Assembly (NCBI GenBank): GCA_965645245.1
Contig: OZ287077.1
Span: forward strand, 62,001 to 126,000
Length of the DNA: 64,000 nucleotides
Direction of reading: 5' to 3'
Origin: Massalongia carnosa
Lineage: Eukaryota
Below are positions 60,041-64,000 of this stretch, piece after piece. The notes beneath the pieces are model-generated. The model was not told the DNA's origin. It saw only the letters and a program-made list of their open reading frames with translations, and searched no databases. Made by a program: the position numbers and the translations under genes. The stretch's first letter is position 1. Each line of letters opens with the position of its first letter.

Positions 60041-63000
60041 TGTTGCGGAGGCTACGGATTATAGGGGTGGAAGTAGGAAACAACAGCAAAAAGTACGTGC
60101 GATGATCAAGCTGATCCAATGGCAGGCTACTAATGATTGATTGAAAATGACTGAGGCTATCTATGGGGGCATATAGCCCATTATATACCGCTGCCTGCCT
60201 TGAGCACGATTCTCCCACTTTCTATGTGATCGGTCAGTCAAATGCTGATATGTAAGCTCGTCTTTGTCGGAGTTCCAAAGCTGACATATTTGCCTCATTA
60301 TCAATCCACTGTAGAATGTTCGAATGTCTCCTAGAATATCAGACGCGGGATGTTGATGATAAATCCCAAGGTGGCCAATCCAAATACTTCCAATAGCTAG
60401 TGCGCATTGGGGTTAGTGCCATTTTCTATAAGCAGACATCTCGGCTATCCTCAACACTCCCACTCCGAGAATGTCTGAATAACTTCATGCCCTCGCATAT
60501 CCTCGACTATCCGTGTCGTCTCCGGGGCCCGTCCCCAGGACCATGGGCCAAATGACCGATGTATGTTCCCCCCTCATTTCTAACCAATAATCTCTAGTCC
60601 CAGCCCGGCTCGGAGCATTCAATAACGGCCCTCCGGGCCAGTCCTCGAAGAATTCGGGGGCCGCATGCCAGCCGATTTTCTTCGTAACGGGGTTATAGAC
60701 TCGAGACTGTTTCGACGAATGATAACCAACAAAAATTCCCTGAAATGACACGACATCCATTTTATCCCTTTTTTCACTGGGGATACGGGCATGCACCAAG
60801 CATCCGTAGGTTCGTATGTGATTCAGGTCCGGTTTTCGGCCATACCAGGCCTCATACGGGGTCATTTTTCCCCCGTGAGTATTCGTTGGTAGCCGATTTC
60901 TTAAATAATTGGCTACCATCAGGGCCTCCCCCCAAAATTCTCTGGGTAATCCGGCCCATAATTGCATGGCCCTAACCATTTGCATTAGTGTCCGATTCAT
61001 CCGCTCAGCGACCCCGTTTTGCTCGGGAGTGTACGGATCAGTAAATTCCATCAGAATGCCTTCATTCAAAAGGTCTTTTTTCAGAGCATGATATTCCTTG
61101 GCATTGTCGCTCCTAATCAGGGCCAGTTTTTCCCCTGTCTCGGCTTCGAATTTCGCTTTGTATCGATAGAAATTCTCCCTCAGGCTTGATCTGGGCCCGA
61201 AATACACCTCTGACCGACGCGTGTAGTCGTCAATGAATGATAAAAAATACTGGGACCCCTGTAAATTCATTACTTTGTACGGGCCCCAATAGTCCGAGTA
61301 TGTACGTTCCCCCCGGCGTGTGGCTTTTAATGGGGGCATTCGACTGATTATTTTCGTCATTTTGGTGTATTTGCAGGTGACGCATTTTTCGCCATCATGC
61401 TGATGCTTTATTGAATTTCCGACTCCGGTGGTCAGAAATGGGAGCTTTTCAAGCCTCCCTGGTCCGACATGACCCATTCGGGCATGCCACAAAAGATATC
61501 CGTCCCGATTCGGATTCGGAATATGCTTTTTCTTCGTCGTTATCATGTCGGTGACTAGGGCCACATCTTCTCTGGCAGGCCTCAATAAGTACGACGATCC
61601 AATCAGGACTCCCGTGGCCAGTAAGGCATCCCCTCGGGTTATTTCGACTCCATTCAGACCAAAGCGGGCAGAAATTCCCTTTGTCTGAAGAGCTCGTATG
61701 GACAGAAGATTGGTGTCGAGCTCGGGGACGTATAACACCTCGGTTAATCGTATTTTCTCCCCGTTTCTCATCCGAATGAGAATATCTCCTCGACCAATTG
61801 ACGAGATGACCGTTCCGTCGGCCACACGCACTGTCGTTCTAATCAACATCATGTTGACGAATATTCCCCTATCAGGGGTCATATGTCGACGCGCTCCGGA
61901 GTCAATAACCCATTCCTTGAGTTTTTCGAGTGGGACCGCGTCATCGTTTCGAGTCACCAGGGCAAATTCTTCCTGAGCAGGGACCGCGTCCTTATTTTGA
62001 GCCATCAGGCCAAAATCTTCGACTTCGGTAGCCGCACGGGCGTATTCCGAGTCGCTTTCTTCAGATCGGGCATCATTCTCCTGGGTCAGTCGTGCTTCGT
62101 CCGATTTCTTCGTTTTTCGGCCCCGACTCCCTGATGATTTCCCCCGCCTCTTACTATCATTGGTTTGATAAGCATTTTCATTTTTCCGCTTGTGCTCTCG
62201 GCCCTCATCCGTTTTCAACCATTGAAAACAGTCCGTTTTTATGTGGCCAGCCTTATCACAATAGAAACATTTTCCAGTGAATTTTCGGCTAGATGAGGCC
62301 TTATTAGCAATTTCCGGGGTGCTTATTTCATCTTTATTTCTTGATTCCACCTCCTTATACTTTTCTATAACCATGGTCATGGTTATTTCTCCTTTGTCTT
62401 CCAACAGGGCCCTAGCCATGGCGTACGGGGTCCCGTCAATTGAATCCATCAATATTCGAGCTAGAAGAAACTCCGACGGTTCCTCCCCGGGTCGAATTTC
62501 GGCCATTACAGCAGCAATGGTTCGTAGCTCCGAAGCTATTTGCTCAACGGAGTCTGATGGGCCGGCTTTGTAACCACAAAGCCGTCTAGAAAGAGGTATA
62601 AGGCGTGTCAGTCCGATATCCCTATGAATACGATTTAGTGTCTCCCACTGATCGTTGGCTGTGTCCAATCGGATGATGTGTTGAAGCTGTCTGTCATCTA
62701 CGGCCGTCATGATTTATGTCATGGCCGTAGCATTGTTAAATTCCCATGCTTCCAGATCACTAGGCCGAGTCTCGTCCGGGCATACTATTCGTCCAATGAC
62801 GATGCTCCAGAGCTTTTTACCTATCAGGTTATTCTTCATTATCTTACTCCATGTACGATAATTTTCCTCGGTTAGTTTGGGAACTTTAACATCCCTTACC
62901 CCTGCTCCGGACGTGATCCGACCGTCGGCCCCATCTGATCTATCCTTGACCACGATTTCGGGGCCGGGCGTTTGTTGAGGGGTGGATGAAGACATTTCGA

Positions 63001-63463
63001 GTCGATTTTCAGACTGTTTTTCCTATTGGCTGACCGGGCTCATAACCTGTTGCGGAGGCTACGGATTATAGGGGTGGAAGTAGGAAACAACAGCAAAAAG
63101 TACGTGCGATGATCAAGCTGATCCAATGGCAGGCTACTAATGATTGATTGAAAATGACTGAGGCTATCTATGGGGGCATATAGCCCATTATATACCGCTG
63201 CCTGCCTTGAGCACGATTCTCCCACTTTCTATGTGATCGGTCAGTCAAATGCTGATATGTAAGCTCGTCTTTGTCGGAGTTCCAAAGCTGACATATTTGC
63301 CTCATTATCAATCCACTGTAGAATGTTCGAATGTCTCCTAGAATATCAGACGCGGGATGTTGATGATAAATCCCAAGGTGGCCAATCCAAATACTTCCAA
63401 TAGCTAGTGCGCATTGGGGTTAGTGCCATTTTCTATAAGCAGACATCTCGGCTATCCTCAACA
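60041..63463 (-). mobile_element. Copia element C, copy 2 (3423 bp, RT-less), TSD GAAAT
   Basis: LTRs 60041-60456 and 63048-63463, PBS 63036-63047, GAAAT at 60036-60040 and 63464-63468. Confidence 0.96.
60485..62995 (-). pseudogene. Gag-PR-IN of Copia C2 with one nonsense mutation (TAC>TAA at 62714-62716)
   Basis: Nearly identical to 14841-17351. Confidence 0.93.
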
Positions 63464-63870
63464 GAAATATCACACGGTACAAATCGAGATGGGTGATGAA
63501 AGTCTATCTCCAGCAGTACGGAGTAGATTTCGAACAGACCTATGCCTCCGTAGTGAAACTAATGGCCTTCCGATTATTGTTTGCCATAGCAGCTCATCAT
63601 GACTTGGACATCGAACAGCTTGATGTCGTCACAGCATTCTTGTATGGGGTAATAGATCAATTGATTTACGTCCAAATGCCCAAAGGATATGTAAAAGCGG
63701 GCATGATCTGCAAACTGAACAAGACTCTCTATGAACTGAAACAATCTCCACGCCTAGGGTATGAAAGGCTATCCGAATTTCTACTTACCAAGCTGGGTCT
63801 GTCCAAACTTCACGCAGATCATAGTATCTTCTCCTCTTCGGCAGGAATAAGAAGTCCAATTGTTACCTCC

Positions 63871-63989
63871 TGTTAAATAAACAGTTGACGGCATAATTTT
63901 GAAATTACTACGGAGGTGACTGCTTATAGCAGTCATGGCAGCCTGCAGGGCTGAGCTAGAACTAATGGGGCTAAGCGAGTATTCCAACA
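63871..63989. repeat. Solo LTR of the TRIM family, TSD CCTCC
   Basis: Matches 19918-20036 with two substitutions; CCTCC at 63866-63870 and 63990-63994; interrupts RT at PIVTS|FV. Confidence 0.95.
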
Positions 63990-64000
63990 CCTCCTTCGTT

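Larger units (their letters stand above)
55038..64000 (+). mobile_element. Copia element F (related to A, degenerate), interrupted by Copia C2 and a solo TRIM LTR; runs off the window
   Basis: LTR ending CA at 55266 (start ~55038 inferred), PBS 55267-55278, ~1.9-kb leader, then gag, PR, IN, RT. Confidence 0.9.
58134..64000 (+). pseudogene. Copia F pol (58134-60040, 63469-63870, 63995 onward)
   Basis: WLLDSAADMHVC, WHARLGH, EQNGVSER, GKWV, QLDVVTAFL, LKQSPR; 1-bp frameshift near 58236 and stop at 60011. Confidence 0.9.

Noticed and set aside
14373..63463. Giant composite element or inversion bounded by the two Copia C copies
   Set aside because: Each copy has its own matching TSD and both interrupted ORFs rejoin locally

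Overview
Eukaryotic DNA, most likely from a filamentous ascomycete (short GT-AG introns with CTAAY/CTGAC branch sites, fungal TE families). The window is almost entirely a nested transposon cluster. It holds five Ty1/Copia families, all with a PBS matching the tRNAiMet anticodon arm, plus a TRIM-like mini element and a split Ty3/Gypsy pol. It also holds a tyrosine-recombinase (DIRS/Ngaro-type) retrotransposon, pogo/Fot1, hAT, two Mutator elements, a Harbinger fragment, a CryptonF and solo LTRs. Most insertions could be delimited to the base from their target-site duplications. The only near-complete host-type gene is a patatin-NB-ARC-TPR NLR with 13 near-identical 126-bp repeats. Highlights: (1) a decayed ORF fusing a tyrosine-recombinase-like domain to a RecQ helicase, bounded by short direct repeats, which is a candidate YR-helicase mobile element; (2) an intron in a Mutator transposase that looks born from a tandem duplication of the adjacent exon; (3) Copia elements with gag and pol in frame across a single UGA (readthrough candidate); (4) an RT-less gag-PR-IN Copia present in two young copies; (5) Copia LTRs ending TG...TA. 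All calls are from manual reading; no database searches were run.
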